25,434 nt of DNA from a virus (Duplodnaviria > Caudoviricetes), in the IMG/VR virus record IMGVR_UViG_3300032305_000994, positions 1-25,434 of that record; one strand, 5' to 3'. Both the position numbers and the translations under genes were made by a program. Of this stretch, positions 25,434-25,434 are shown in pieces. The notes under the pieces were generated by a model. The model was not told the origin of the DNA. It was given only the letters and a program-made list of their open reading frames with translations, and searched no databases. The number at the start of each line of letters is the position of its first letter. The stretch's first letter is position 1.

Positions 25434-25434
25434 T

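Noticed and set aside
1-25434. Stop-codon reassignment, as in some Bacteroidota phages
   Set aside because: Standard code gives near-complete coding density, and TGA is used as a stop in ATGA overlaps. No genes are fragmented by TAG.
1-25434. CRISPR array, tRNA, rRNA, transposase or integrase
   Set aside because: Intergenic gaps are all under ~100 nt, with no spaced repeats, cloverleaf or recombinase motifs seen.
10095-25434. Bacterial capsule/O-antigen locus (host DNA or prophage flank)
   Set aside because: Joined to the phage head module without a visible junction, shares upstream motifs and composition with it, and lacks wzx/wzy/export genes. A chimeric assembly cannot be fully excluded without reads.

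Overview
AT-rich, densely coding 25.4 kb segment of a large T4-like (myovirus-type) phage, probably infecting Bacteroidota: a Bacteroidetes-type TTTG-N20-TAnnTTTG promoter is present and Shine-Dalgarno sites are mostly absent. The left ~10 kb (minus strand) is a head/packaging region: a conserved hypothetical (partial), gp20-like portal, a small modular protein, gp17-like terminase large subunit, a membrane-anchored spanin-like protein, a Cys-motif hypothetical, and a 1410-aa multidomain protein. That protein joins an HxGH nucleotidyltransferase, an HExxH zinc-protease motif and a KxDG ligase-type nucleotidyltransferase, with hydrophobic-x-E motifs at the junctions that resemble prohead-protease sites. 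The remaining ~15 kb is a glycan-biosynthesis island. It holds a minus-strand operon (cupin/NTP-transferase/kinase fusion, shikimate-dehydrogenase-like, GatZ/KbaZ-like, HAD phosphatase) and an inverted plus-strand cassette (RmlC epimerase, minimal TPP E1-alpha, WcbK/DmhA/Gmd-like 4,6-dehydratase, truncated E1-beta) that suggests branched-chain sugar synthesis. It also holds five SGNH-like paralogs, two TEK-motif GT10-like proteins and two KIA..G..R/RPD proteins. A recurring ATATTTAT(A) motif upstream of genes is a candidate phage late promoter. No tRNA, rRNA, CRISPR array or mobile element was seen. All family calls come from motif recognition, not database searches.
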